Positions 36,701 through 48,800 of a stretch of DNA of 64,000 bases are shown piece after piece. The stretch covers positions 2,604,001 through 2,668,000 of the forward strand of contig OZ251226.1 of assembly GCA_965240325.2 (NCBI GenBank), read 5' to 3'. The notes under the pieces are model-generated. The model worked only from the letters and a program-made list of their open reading frames with translations. It was not told the origin of the DNA and did not search any database. This stretch comes from Rebecca billardiae RCC1528. Its lineage: Eukaryota > Protista > Haptophyta. Made by a program: the position numbers and the translations under genes. Each line of letters starts with the position of its first letter. The first letter of the stretch is position 1.

Positions 36701-39593
36701 CAGGCAGAGGCTGGTGCGCGAGACGGAGGAGACGCTCAAGAACTACCGCCGGCTGCGGCAGGCGAAGGGCACCGTGCTGCACGAGGGGTACGCTCGGCTC
36801 TCGGAGATCAGGCACCGAGAGCACGCGCGCCCCAGCGAGTACTGGCTCAGCCTGCTCGCCAACCGACAGCTCCTGTGCTACGCGCCGCGGCGGCGCGCGC
36901 GCTCCGGGCGGCTGCCAGGCGCGGGGCCGGCGCTCAAGCACGCGTCACGGATGGCGCGCGCCGCGTCGCGCTCGCTGCTGCCCGTGGCGAGCAGCGCGCA
37001 GCACCAGCCGATCGTGACGCGCGCCGGAGGCGCCGACTCGGACTCGGACCTGCAGCCAGCGCCGCGCACGCGCGCTGACTTTGCCGAGGCGCCGCGGCTC
37101 GTGCTTGACCTGCAGTCACTGGCGCGCGTGGCGGTCGAGGCGACCGCGCCATCGCTCGTGCTGCAGCTCGTCGACTCGAGCGAGCGCAAGATCGCGAGGC
37201 TCGAGGACGACACGGGCGGCTCGGAGTGGCGCGCGATGTTCGAGGAGCTGCTGGAGGCGCGGCAGCGCGGCGAGGCTCTCCGCCAGCGGCTGAGCGTCTG
37301 CGTGCTCAGCTGGAACATGGGCTCGACGCCGCCGCCGCCCGACCGCGTGAGCGCGACCGACGCGGGCTGGCTGCCGAGCGGCGCGCACGACATCTACGCG
37401 ATCGGGCTGCAGGAGTGCCACCTGGTGCGCAAGGCGGCCGCGGCGGACGGCACCGACGCGCTGCGCGACTACTTTGCGGCGCAGCTCGGCGATGAGTTCC
37501 GGCTGGTCGACAAGCCGATCCAGCTGTGGGAGCGGACGGCGGTGCTGCTCTTCTGCCACGCGCGCTGGCACGCGCACATCACCGACGTGCACGCGAGCAA
37601 GGAGAAGGCGGGCTTCAACGGGCTCGCGGGGAACAAGGGCGGCGTGTGCCTCAGCCTGCGCGTGGGCGAGACCTCGTTTGCCTTCCTCGCCGTCCACCTC
37701 GCCGCGCACGACGCGCACGCCGTGCTGCGCCACCACCACACGCGCATCCTGCTCAAGGCGCTGCGCCCGCCCGTCACGGTCGAGGCGGCGGGCGCCGAGC
37801 GCGCGTTCGCCAAGCACCACGACGTCACCTCGGTGTGCGACTACGTCTTCATGTTCGGCGACCTGAACTACCGGCTCGACGGGCTGAGCCGCGAGCAGGT
37901 GCTCGCGCTCGTCTCGCGCAACCAGCTCGGCACGCTGTACGCGCACGACCAGCTGCACGCCGCGATGCGCGTGGGCCGCGTGCTCTCGGGCTTCAGCGAG
38001 CTGCGGCCTCTCTTCCCGCCCACGTACAAGCTGCGGAGGCGCCGCCTCTCGATGGGGCGGCCGAGGGCGGCGGCGGGCGCGGAGCAGGGCGGCGCGCTCG
38101 ACGTGTCCTGCACCTGCTCGCCCGGCGGCGGCGCGCCGCCCAGCGCGACGAGCACGCCCGAGCACGGCCGCGCGGTCGGCTCGCCGCTCGTCTCGGCCAA
38201 GCGGCCCGGCTCGACGCCGGGCGAGCGCCGCGCGGGCGCGCCGCCGCGCCGCCGGCGGGAAGCCTTCTTCGACGCGCACGAGTTCCCGACGATCGTGGAG
38301 GGGGAGGTGGCCGCGAGCGCGCTGGGCGAGTCGGACTACGACCCGCACCGCACTCCGGCGTGGTGCGACCGCGTGCTCGTGTACGCGCGGCCGGGCGCGC
38401 GCGCGACCCAGCTCGGCTTCTGGAGCGCGCCGCGCTTGCTGCGCGAGCACGCGGCGAGCACGCTCGGCCTGCTGCCGAGCGACCACGCGCCCGTCGCCGC
38501 GTCGTTCGAGGTGGAGGTGCGCACGCTCAACGCGAGCGACGCCTCCGCGCGGATGTACGCCGCGTGGGCCGTCGCGCTGAGCAACGTGACGGTGCGCGTG
38601 TCGGCGAGCGCGGCGCACAGGCTCGCGCCCGCCTCGGCCAACATCGCCGTCACGGGCACGTGCCTGCGCGCGGGCGCGTCGCACGAGTCGGAGGAGGCGC
38701 GCGTCGAGCCGGGCGAGAGCGTGCTCGAGTTCCGCTGGGTCGGCGGCGCCGGCCCGGCGATCCGGCTCCTCGAGCGCCACTGCTGCTTCGAGCGCTCCTT
38801 CCTCTCGCACCACGCGGTCACGCTGCAGGTGCGCGCGCTCGCCTCGCCGGTCGTCGTGCTGGGCAACGCGGTGGTCAGCCTGCGCGACGCCGCGCTCTCG
38901 GGCAAGGCGGCGTTCGCCGAGCCGCTCCGCCTCTTCGGCGTGCACCACGGCGAGATCCGCGGCGAGGTGCACCTCTTCGACATGCTGCGCGAGCACACCT
39001 GCGGCCGGCAGCTCGACTCGAGCTCGACCGTGTGCCAAGTGAACGCGCAGCGGCTGAGCAACGCGAGCGCCGCCAGCGCCACCTCGGCCATCGCGCGCAC
39101 GCTCGGCATCAAGGGGCAGCAGCCGCCGAGCCCCGCGTCCGTCTCTGCGCGCTCCAAGTCGAGCGCGGGCGCCGCCGGCGCGGACGCCGCCGCCGAGATG
39201 CACGACGTGCAGGTGGAGACGCTCGACAGCGTGCCGATGGACGCGGACGCCTCCGCCTACCTCCACGACGACGACGACGACGACGACGAGAGCGAGTACC
39301 ACGCGATGCTCGCCTGGCGAGAGTTCTCGTCCGTCGTCTCGCTCTCGGCGGGCGGGATGACGGAGGAGCTCGGCGCGGACTCGAGCGTCGCGCCGACGAG
39401 CTCGGTCGATGGGGACTCGATGAACGCGACGGGCTCGAGCGTCGCGCGCTCCATGCGCCCGGAGGCGCGCGCGCTGGCAACGGCAGTAGCCGCGGCTGCC
39501 GCGCCGAGCAGGTCGACTCGGGCTGCGGAGCCTGGTGGCGCGAGCACCAACGCGCGCGAGGCCAGGCCGCTGCCGCCCGCCCACCCGCGGTAA
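33786..39593 (+). CDS. Class C (GABA-B-like) GPCR fused to PH, inositol polyphosphate 5-phosphatase and C2-like domains
   Basis: Signal peptide; Venus-flytrap/ANF-receptor motifs (VIGALF, LALDRLN, SDHTRMRALADLV..LRW, FAYDAAW, QGVTGMISF); 7TM region ending LVFGPK; coiled coil; PH-like region. IPPc motifs SWNMG, IGLQE, GNKGGV, HLAAH, FGDLNYR, FPPTYK, PAWCDRVL, SDHAPV. Probable in-frame intron at 36193-36528. Confidence 0.88.
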   Translation: MASSRPSRLVAFAALALAASGARVRRARPDDALDAHQLASAGPTLLGKAEPHPRGYEVVIGALFAEDPNAGEAASQELLAMQLALDRLNALPVEERAGITLRLAPAWPSATATIPDSAYKLLKGNATTPGAVALISALASDALSSVLALTEVFGVMAVSYIPCAPMIAGGTDAAAHARGIFQLQYSDHTRMRALADLVVSLRWKSVNICYQETVGFRELARELTKMLGGGCVGVDASISIPAVMEGRGALSRAARALGRTPSWVVVVLADDRSARRLMDEAAAQGLGSPPFIWLGVEPWSEPSWRSDACRRPLHAARPARRPHRLGSRSRRAGRHGAADATQPREGAAERECEHGESAPIGPPGTVSLATSQAFRSQPLFGRWVREAWDLDARVVANGWSCLRLLGANATGGGGAAPDSSCVLADTPFAYDAAWLLGRALVSSCNEVQDRLAPDECLLLLGGAARGVIQLMFERLWQGVTGMISFSPLGARRGAELTLASVVRAPGARAAWAMVNGTWTGSELASPLALLDATHLPPGEWRLPDGVAGWGELLRWAGTEPGRIPHSRAYALRIGRSLTLALRLAVGACAALTLGLAAAIPGMRAWREFAHSGPMAFSLMLCAATLCAEASLMVSTFPRVPIGVVRILDLVAVTFVITSLVCKAIALHWFVRTNSLTLRMLGKGQIGVTLGVVGVQLLCVALRACIILHPAFETPPCISLWRARLVLMTDVVLFVSWWVSAVVAFGLTLHLHLSSLGAALSRTFLPDAPLLFHASIAVLAHLVLLSLLRLQSRGLNRDVLVQYCERARARAPRGDGVRARARVRAPRTARSRAGCGGRSRDAREHEAEREGRDGGSAERAQSLACPVDLARRPGRVRREAPRCATPRTDRPPARPRRAAPRRAARGSSPPARAPAGPLCQFSMALSVNALVFGPKMLPLLRRLCGRADARDPLDYSAGALEKLVAAQEALLQRRQRLVRETEETLKNYRRLRQAKGTVLHEGYARLSEIRHREHARPSEYWLSLLANRQLLCYAPRRRARSGRLPGAGPALKHASRMARAASRSLLPVASSAQHQPIVTRAGGADSDSDLQPAPRTRADFAEAPRLVLDLQSLARVAVEATAPSLVLQLVDSSERKIARLEDDTGGSEWRAMFEELLEARQRGEALRQRLSVCVLSWNMGSTPPPPDRVSATDAGWLPSGAHDIYAIGLQECHLVRKAAAADGTDALRDYFAAQLGDEFRLVDKPIQLWERTAVLLFCHARWHAHITDVHASKEKAGFNGLAGNKGGVCLSLRVGETSFAFLAVHLAAHDAHAVLRHHHTRILLKALRPPVTVEAAGAERAFAKHHDVTSVCDYVFMFGDLNYRLDGLSREQVLALVSRNQLGTLYAHDQLHAAMRVGRVLSGFSELRPLFPPTYKLRRRRLSMGRPRAAAGAEQGGALDVSCTCSPGGGAPPSATSTPEHGRAVGSPLVSAKRPGSTPGERRAGAPPRRRREAFFDAHEFPTIVEGEVAASALGESDYDPHRTPAWCDRVLVYARPGARATQLGFWSAPRLLREHAASTLGLLPSDHAPVAASFEVEVRTLNASDASARMYAAWAVALSNVTVRVSASAAHRLAPASANIAVTGTCLRAGASHESEEARVEPGESVLEFRWVGGAGPAIRLLERHCCFERSFLSHHAVTLQVRALASPVVVLGNAVVSLRDAALSGKAAFAEPLRLFGVHHGEIRGEVHLFDMLREHTCGRQLDSSSTVCQVNAQRLSNASAASATSAIARTLGIKGQQPPSPASVSARSKSSAGAAGADAAAEMHDVQVETLDSVPMDADASAYLHDDDDDDDESEYHAMLAWREFSSVVSLSAGGMTEELGADSSVAPTSSVDGDSMNATGSSVARSMRPEARALATAVAAAAAPSRSTRAAEPGGASTNAREARPLPPAHPR

Positions 39594-40097
39594 TGTTGGC
39601 GCGGCGCGTGGCCGCCTACTGGCCTACTGCCGCCACTCCTCGCGGACGCACTCCACTCGTCGTGGCTCGTGCGCGCAGCAATACTGATGCCGCCAATCGT
39701 CATGAACAGCGCGCGCCCGTGTCAGTTTTCATCATCACTGCCATTGGCAGCCGCAGGCACGCCACGCACTACTCACGTACGAGACGAACTGTAACAGTTC
39801 TCGGCCGACGAGTCGCACTCACTTCGAGCGGCGGTACGCACAGTCTACTAGTACAGTTTATTTGTATTTTATTATATTATAACTAGCTACGTGCGTAAGG
39901 CTCACGGTTGCAGGTTGCCGCGCCATCCTTCATCGCACGCTCTCCGAAGAGAGACCTGGAAACTGGTTTTGAACGACCCATGACCTCAGACGCAAGAGCA
40001 CGCCAGTACTCCCACTCGACCACAGACCGTCGGCGTACTACTAGCAGTAGTACTTACTCTCAGTAGTCAGTCTCATACACGGTACGGTTCTTACGCG

Positions 40098-40255
<158 letters not shown>

Positions 40256-40260
40256 TAGTC

Positions 40261-41545
40261 ATGGCCCGCGGTGCAGGGCGGAGCGCGCAGCGTGGAGCCC
40301 GCACCAGCGGGCCCGAACCACGTTTCAAAAAGATCTTTGATCAAGAAAAAAGGGACGGGCGGCGGCGGAAAAAAAGGGACGGGGGGCGATTTTTAGGGCT
40401 GGCGGAGACCGAGTTTCGAGTTTTTGAGATCGCATTGAGAGGTCTATCAGGCCAAAAAAAACCGCGCCCAGCTGATTCCCTTAAGTAAAGTGCGATCTGG
40501 ACGTCAGCTGGACGTGACATTAGTGTAACGGTTCGTTACGAGCGAATCGTACTCGTCTTCCCGGATCGCGTGACGTCCGGACTGGGCCACATCCGGATCG
40601 TCGGAGGTGACGTGCCCCGGCACGATGGGCGATGGCGGATATGCGGGACGGCGCCTGCACGTGCCTCCGGACCCGCCTCCCGCTTGCTGCTCACGCAGTC
40701 AGCTGCGACCGTGGCGCATGATCGCAGAAGCAGTGCCGGCAGTACGGCCTGCATCAGCTAGTGCCGCGCCGTCGTGGCGCGCGCGGTACGGTTGCGCGTT
40801 TGCAGCGCTCGCAGCTCGGCGACGGCACGCGCGTGCGGCTCAGGTGTGTCAAATGCGGTCTCGTCGGCGCGCTTTCGCCTGCCACCTCGTGCACCCGTGC
40901 CGCCAGTTTCATCGTCTTCATGAGGACTGCTGCTGCTGTCGCCATCCGCTCTCCATCACCCCGAGTCGCCGGTCGCGCGGCGCGCGCGGTAGGCACTAGG
41001 CAGGGCGTACGGTCACTCACCCGTGCAACGGGTCAAGTGGCCAGAGTACGTCTGGTCGTTGGCTGGCACGGGCCGCAGCGCTAAAGCACCCTGCTGTCAC
41101 ACCCGACTCCTTCAGTACTCCGAGCTCCGCGGCACGACTCACTCGGCACGATCGCGGACGGGTCGGATCCGAGCTGATCAGCCAGAGTTGGACACAGTTT
41201 GGCAGCTACTAGTAGTAATTCCGATGCCGATGGCACGATCGCGGACGGGTCGGATCCGAGCTGATCAGCCAGTTGGACATTTGGCAGCTAGTTGTCAGAC
41301 GGACGTCCGATTTGACGACCGGTGCCGGGTGCGGTCTCAGGTCCGCTGCTGTGATTGTGTGAAGTGTGAATGAGTCTCGCGGTCGCGCAGGCAGGGCGAC
41401 GGTCGGACTAATATAGCTTCAGTCATCTCAGAACCGACTTCAACTGGCGAACTGCCACTACGGCGGAGAGCCGCGATTGCACGGCCACCGCGGGCCCCCA
41501 ACTGCGTTGATTCTATGCAGAAAAGGACCGCAGAACGCGGTCATA
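40261..41545 (+). mobile_element. Helitron2/Helentron-like non-autonomous element E2
   Basis: First ~100 bp are nearly identical to 15626 onward. Subterminal caccgcgggcc at 41486-41496; hairpin gaccgca-gaa-cgcggtc at 41526-41542 plus ATA. Interior appears unrelated to E1. Confidence 0.7.
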
Positions 41546-42854
41546 TATGTGGTATATATATAGGAGCAGCGCTGTCGTCTCAGCGAGTCAGAATCATCGA
41601 TGATCGATTAGTCCGGCCACCGGGCGCACGACTGTACTCTGTATAGTTAGCAGCAATGACTGACATTCACATTGCTGACAGCCGCCGGGAGGTGGCGTGC
41701 AGTGGCACATGCTTGGCTGTTATTGGACGACGGCGCGTTCTCCACAGGGAAACCACAGCCGGTGACAGCTGGCGGCGCAAGGGAGGTGGTGGCGCGCCTC
41801 CTGCTGCTCCACGGCTCCCCTGACTGCCCCGGCCCACAGCCCTGCGCGCAGCGCGCAAGCCAGCTCGGCCGGCGCGCCCACCCGCCGCTCTCAGAAGTGG
41901 AAGAAGACGCCTCGATGTGGGAAGCGCGGGCCACGGCGCGACGCGCAGGGACGACGGATTCGATCTGCATCGAGCCTTCGCTTCTCGACGCGCTGCGCCG
42001 TCAAGGAGCGTCAGGCGCACACTGCGTAACTGGCGGCGCGTCAAGTAGTGTCGACCGCTGCACCTACGCCAGCCCCTACCGCACACCTCCATCCACGCGG
42101 CCCCAGACTCGCCTTCGGACGACGACTTGGAGGACGACGAGGAGACGCTGCCCGGCGTGAAACGCTCCCCGCAAGCCACAGCAGCGCATGCCGCCGCCGG
42201 CCAGCCAACTCAGGGCAGAGCGGCAAGTGCGCACGCGACCGAGCAGGGCGCACGGGAGTGCCGAGTGGCGGGGGACGGCTGGACCAGCTGCCACCAGCGG
42301 CCAAAGCCTGCCATCTGACATCCGGTCATGCACCCACGCCCTCGACTGGAGCATAGCAGGCCGGTGCAAGCCGCGCAGCGCAGTTGGATCGTTAACGTGC
42401 ATAGCTGTCCTGCCAAGGCCACCTTGAAATCAAGACCTTGACCAGAGATTCTTTGAACATCGTTGCTATTGGAATGTGTGAAACTAGCTTGACGAGTTGA
42501 CGAATTGACCCCCCTTTATTCCTTTGAATTGACCATTTACCGGCGGGTATGTATGCCGTAGTTGAACGTGAGCACTGGAATACTACCCACGGTATTAATC
42601 GCAGGCAATACTGTATTGTGGCAATGTTGCCGGATCTTTCTCCTTCTCAGAGTGTGGCGGTCACATCGTATCAAAACCGCATGAATCTGCGAGGTATCTG
42701 CAGTACTTACCGATTTTAATTTCACCGCGGCTACCCGTTGAGTGCAACTCCTTCCCAACCAAATCGCTCGCGAATCGCAGGCGGGGAGCACCGCTCCTCC
42801 TGACCGCACCCTCCGCCGTCGCCCCTACATCGCAAGCTCGCAACGTGCCGCGCG

Positions 42855-45800
42855 ATGCATCGACTCGTTCTCGGCTCGCTCGCGCGGCTCGGGCGCATCC
42901 TCGAGGGCAAGACGAACGCCCCTGGCCTGAGGGGCGACTACTACCATGCGCAGCAGCTGGACGGACCGTCATCGTCGTCGTCGCGCCGCGCTCGCCGACG
43001 GGCGGCGCCGGACGCTCCCAAGGGCATCCTGCGCGCCAACGCTGGGCACGGCGGCGCGGGCGGGCGCTCGAAGCGCGTGAAGTGGCGCCCGGTGCTCGTC
43101 GGCGAGCACGCCGCCGAGGAGGCCGCGCGCGTGGCGGCCGCTCGCGACGCCGAGCGCCGCGATCTGCACCGCCGACTCGCGGAGCTCGCAAAGCTCGCCC
43201 GCATCCCCCTGCTCACATACGAGCTGGAGCTCATTCCGATGCGGGCCACCTTCGTCGATGTGACGCTGAACTCGCACATCATCACCGCGCTGGACGCGTT
43301 CGTTGACCTCTGCGAGCTCGTGTACCTCGCTGTCGAGACCAAGGCCTCCGTCGCAGCCGCGACTGGCGACGACGGCTCCTCGTCTGCTTCGACGATGGCG
43401 GGCATCCTTGGTGCCGCAGCCGACAAGCAGCAGCGCGAGGACGTCGAGCGCGCGCGAAAGCGGCAGCAGCGCGTGCGCATCTTCGTCGACGTCTTCCTCG
43501 TTGCCATCCTCTGGGCCGGGCGCGTGGAGTACTGGGTGCACCACGACGTCTACCTCTGGGAAATCGCCCAGATCTTCAGGCTCGCGCGCGCCTTTGAGCT
43601 CGTGTCGTATCTCCAGGTGCTCACGAACGACCTGCAGACGGACGTGAAAGGATTCAATGTCTTCAAGTTTGTGCTCGTGCTCTTCTCCGTGCCTCACTGG
43701 TGCGTGCGCGTCTCGGCCTTCGCGCATGCGCGCGCGCGCTTGGCTCGCCTACCGGAGACTCTCGTCATCACCAACTGCTGTGCCCGCGCGGCGGCGTCGG
43801 GCGCGTGTGCGTGCGCAGGGTGACGTGCATGTGGTGGGGCTTGGCCGAGCTGGAGGCGTACGCGGAGTCGGGCGACGAGTACGCGATGCACCTGCCCTCG
43901 TGGCCGGTGCAATTCGCGCACTTCACGGGCAACCCGACGTTCGAGCCGTTCTCGCTCACGGACGGCCATCACTATCTGATGGCTTCGTTCATGTCATGGG
44001 CTGGGATGACTGCGTTTGGGTATGGCCCGATTGTGCTCGCGAAGGACCTCGAGATCGCGCTTGCGATCTTCGTGATGCTCGTGCAGATCGTCTTCTACGC
44101 CTTCGTGCTGGGCACGCTCTTCCACTACGTCGTACGCGTCGACGAGAGCAAGGTGCAATTCAAGGAGCTGCTCAAGGCGGTCGACGACTTCTGCGCGCAG
44201 CGCAAGCTGCCGGCACACGTCGCGCGCCGCGTGCGCTCGTACTACGAATTCCAAAACAGGAAGCAAATGTCGTTCGCCAAGGAGAGGATCCTCGCGCAGA
44301 TGCCCATCTCGCTCAAGACGGAGGTAGCCGTCGCGCAGTACGCGCGCGAGGTCAGCGCGACGCCGCTCTTCGCGGGCGCCTCGCATCAGCTCGTTAAGAT
44401 GCTCACGCTCTCGATGAGCGAGCGGTTCGTCGCGCCGCGCGAGGTGCTCTTCAGCCGGCACGACGGCTCGATCGAGCTGAGCTGGTGCGTGGCCGGCTCG
44501 CTGCTCGTGCAGAAGGGCGACGTGCACATCGCCACCGTGCGCTCCGACATCGGCCCCGGCCAAGTCGTCGGTGAGATCGCCTTCTTCCTCGGCATCCCGC
44601 AGCCGTACACGGTGCGCGCAACCGCCACCGGTGAAGTCACGCTCGTCGTGCTGAAGCGCGAGCATTGGGAGCGCGTCGCGGCGGCGTACCCGGAGGAGGC
44701 GAGCGCGATCTCGCACAACCTGCTGCGCACGTTCCACCTGGGCCGGTTTGGCGAGGACCTGCCCAGCGCAGCGGCCGTCGGCGAGTCCGCCGACGCCGCC
44801 GAGCAGCGCGAGCTGGAGGAGCTGCGCGGGACCATCCGCGCCTCGATCATCTCGCGGCTCGACGAGCAATTCCTGCAGCTGCATGTGGCCATCACGCGGG
44901 GCGACGTCGAGGCGATCAGGACGATGGTGAGCACGCAGGGCTACGAGCTCACCGTGAGCTCGTACGACGGGCGCACGCCGCTCTACCTCGCCGCGGTCGA
45001 GGGCAACGCGAGCGTGTGCGCGCTGCTGTGCGAGCTCGACGCCGACCTAGGCGCGACGGACCGTTGGGGAAATCAGCCCATCCGCTACGCGGTCGAGCGC
45101 CGCCACGCCGAGGTGGCAGAGGTGCTGCAGCGCAACGGCGCGACGCTGCGAGTGGACGCAAGGACCGCTGCCAATTGGATGCTCGATGCCGCGCGCACGG
45201 GCGACACGGGCATGCTCGGCATGCTGCGCGCGCAGGGCATCGAGATCAACTCGGCCGACTTTGATGGGCGGACCGCTCTGCACCTCGCTGCGAGCGTTGG
45301 CGACACGCACGTCGTCGAGTACCTGCTCACCGCGCTCGCCGACGCGTCGAGCACCGATCGGTGGGGTGTCTCGCCGCTCGACGACGCGATCGCCGCCAAC
45401 CACGTGCTGACCGCGCAGCTGCTCGTGCGCAACTCGTCCAAGTCGAGCGAGCACACGCTCGCCGAGTACCTACGCCGCGCCGCGGCAGACGCGGACGCTG
45501 AGCGGCTGCGCTTCCTGCTCGACATGGGCGCCCAGATCGACGCGGTCGACTACGACCGGCGCACGGCGCTGCACTTTGCCGTGCGCGCGGGTGCGCTCGC
45601 TAGCGCGCACCTGCTGCTCACCGCGATGGCCGACGCCAACCTGACGGATCGATGGGGATCGAGCCCGCTCGCCGATGCGCTCGACCTCGGCGAAGCCAGC
45701 AGTGCCGCAGACGAACTTGCACTGTTGCTCGTGCACTGCTGCGGCGCGATGCTGCCCGCCGGCCAGCTCGACCCGGAGCGCGCGGCGCGCCTCGCCGCAC

Positions 45801-48800
45801 TCGCGGCCGACCCCACGCCGATGAGGGCGGTGCACGCGAGCCTCGCCGAGCACGCGCGGCGCACCAAGGAGCAGCGCGTGCTGATGCTGGCGACCGCGCG
45901 CGAGGCGGAGGTGTCGCTGCAGACGCTCGCCGACGGCATCGGCTATCTGATCGGCGGGCAGCGCACCTTCTTCAAGACGCTCACAAAGCACGTCGACCTT
46001 TGGATCAGCGAGTACGGCGCCGAGGACGACGACGAGGAGGAGACGGACGACGACGGCGAGCTCGACGCCGTGTCCGACAGCGACACCGATGAGAGCGCCG
46101 CGGGCGAGCAGCGTGGCGTCGGCGCGCCCACGTCGGCTGGCGAGGCCGAGCGTGCAGATGTTGCGCAGCAGGCGCAGCAGGACGGCGCGTCGTCGCGCAG
46201 CGGCTTCATCCGGCTGCTGCTCCGGCTGCCACGGGCCAGCCTCGCGCTCGCCGAGCTACGCGACGCCTTCGACCGCGCCATGGCCAGCCCGCGCGGCAGG
46301 CCAGGCGGTGTGCGCGGCGAGCCGTCGCGCAAGGCACGCGAGCACGGTGCGCTGCGCGCCCTCCTCGAGCGCGAGCTCAACGTGCCAGGCGCGCGCGTGG
46401 ACACGGTGCAGCGCGAAATCTACGCGGAGGTGTCGTGCATGATCGGCGTGCCCGTCAGCACCTTCGACCCGTCCGTCCCGGATGGCGACGCTCTGCGTGG
46501 CTCGGCGCGCACGCGCGGCGCGCACAGCGACAGGCGACGCGCCGTTCGGTCGAGCGTGTCGCGCAGCCAGGAGCTCAATCGGAGCCAAGGCTCTGTCGGC
46601 GCGTCGGACGATCTCTCGAGCTCGACCGGAGGGCTGAGCCAGCTCTCGCACTACTGGAGCCGGCGCGACAGCAGCCACCGAGCAGGCCCGGGTCGGCGCG
46701 GGTCGAACGCGGCTCTGCTCGAGCGCGCCAGGGGCGCGTCCATGGAGGTGCGCGCCAAGCGCACGTCTGCCGAGCACCGTCTCGAGGCCGCGCAGCCGCA
46801 CTCGCCCAACGTGGCAGAGGCGCTCAGCCGAGGTGCAGATGGCGCGAGCCTGGCAGAGCTCGGCTTTGTCGTGCTCTTCACCTCGCGCACGCTCGTCGAG
46901 CTGCTCGCCACGCGCCACGTGATGCGCTCAGCCGCCGCACCACGCCGGTCCTCGCCGGAGCCGCCGGCCGCCGAGCCGGACGAGGCGCACGACGAGGCGG
47001 CCAAGCGCATGAGCAGGTTCTCCAGCGGCTGCGTCTCCTCCGCGCTGCGCACGAGCACGGGCGGCTTGATCCTCGCGTCCTTCTCCCCCGCGGCACACGC
47101 GCGTCGGCCAGCGCGGCTTGGCGCTGGCTCGCTACCCATTGACGAGACGGCCGACACGCGGAGCGCGCTCGGCGAGTCTGCCGAGCACGGAGCTCAGGGC
47201 GACGGTGGTCACGGTGCCAAGCGCGCCGCCGCGCCGCCCGCCCGCGGCGCGCAGCAGCACAGCTTGAGCGACGAGGTGGACGCTGCGTATGCAGTGATGC
47301 ACGAGCTGTTCCGAGTGTTCGACCAGCGGGGCCTGGGCACCATCCGGCTGCGGGACGTGCGCCGGCTGCAGAAGAGCCTCGGCGAGTTCGGCACCGCCGA
47401 GGTCAAGGCCCTCTACACCGTGCTGCTCGACGCGGCGTTCGCGTTTGCGCGCGACGACGAGGCGGAGCCGGAGCAGTTGAACTCGGAAGGGCCGGCAGCG
47501 GGCAGGTCCGACGCTGCGGCCGCCACGGGCGAGAGGATCGAGACTGGCGGGCGCGGATTCGTCCCGATCGAGCGGCCGCCCGCTGCCGCGCTGGTTCCCA
47601 GCCTGACGGACTTGAGCGATGGCGCGGTGCCGGCCGAGGACGTGGCGGCCGCGCCTGCGGCAGACACCCCGCCGACCCGCGGCTCCGGCGCGCGGCGCGC
47701 GAGTGTGCCGATCACCGCCAAGCAGCGCCTCGCAGAACGCTCGCTCACGCAGCCGCAGTTCTTGGCGAGCGCTGTCGCGTGGGTCCTGCAGTCGCACCAC
47801 GCGGACGAGAACGACGAGGAGCACGGGCAGGGGGCGGCCGCCGAGCTCGGTGCAGACGAAGCGATGGCCGGCCCGAGTTGGGCGGAGGGCGCACACGTGA
47901 GCGTGCCGCCGCTCGTGCTGCGCAAGGCGACGCTCGCGGCGGCGACCACGCGTCCGGCGGCTGCCGGAGCGCAGGCCGACGGCCTCAGCGTCGGCCAGAA
48001 GCCCGCGCTCGGCAGCGGTGGACGCGCGGCCCAGGGGGGCGAGGAGGTCTACACGTCCTTTGACCAGGCAGTCGGCTCGGCCGCTGCGTACGCCGCCGTG
48101 GCCGAGGGCGTGCAGCAGCGCATCGACACGGGGCGGCTTGCCGCGGACGCGCCCGTGACGGCGGCTGAGCTGCTCGGCGTGATGGCGCACGCGCTGGTGC
48201 TGCCAGCGAGCGCGGACCCAGCCACGGCTGCCGCATGGTGCGAGCGGCGCCTCGGGCGCGCGCTCGACGCGCGCGCGGTTGCGCGCTCGGAGCGCGGCGA
48301 GGCCGACAGCAACGGCCACGCGCTGATGTTGGCGGGCGACCCAGCCGAGGATGACGCGGCCGAGGGCGGCGGCGGCGGTGGCGGCACGCTCACGTGGGAG
48401 GCTCTTTCGGAGGCGCTGCTCGAGCGGGCGGTGAGCTTCGAGCCTCGCGCGGCGACCGCCAAGCCGGGCAGCGTGCGCTGGCTGGCGCAGCTCGCGCTGA
48501 GCGCGCTCGGGATGGGCACGGCCGGGCCGGCAAGGGTGTCCCCCGAGCCTGCGGGCGGCGCGGCAGACGGCAGCCCCGCAGCGGACGACAGCGGCGCCAA
48601 GGCGCACAGCCGCTGGACCCTCTCGGTGCACTCGCGCGCGCACGCGTCGCTGCACGCCCTCTTCCTCGGGCTGACCGTCGTCGACCTCTTCCTGATCCCG
48701 CTGCAGCTCTCCTTCCTCGACGAGGCGCTGCGCACGCCGTGGCTGCTGCAGCTCAACCTCGGCGTGGACGCCTTCTACTTGGCTCGGATCGCGCTGCGCT

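Noticed and set aside
33681-39886. Long antisense and alternate-frame ORFs over the GPCR, Cj0069, channel and EEP genes
   Set aside because: Shadow ORFs caused by high GC3 and stop-codon scarcity.
41672-42160. Possible ankyrin-like remnant (LLLDDGA, EVVARLLLLHG)
   Set aside because: Too short and degenerate to support a call.
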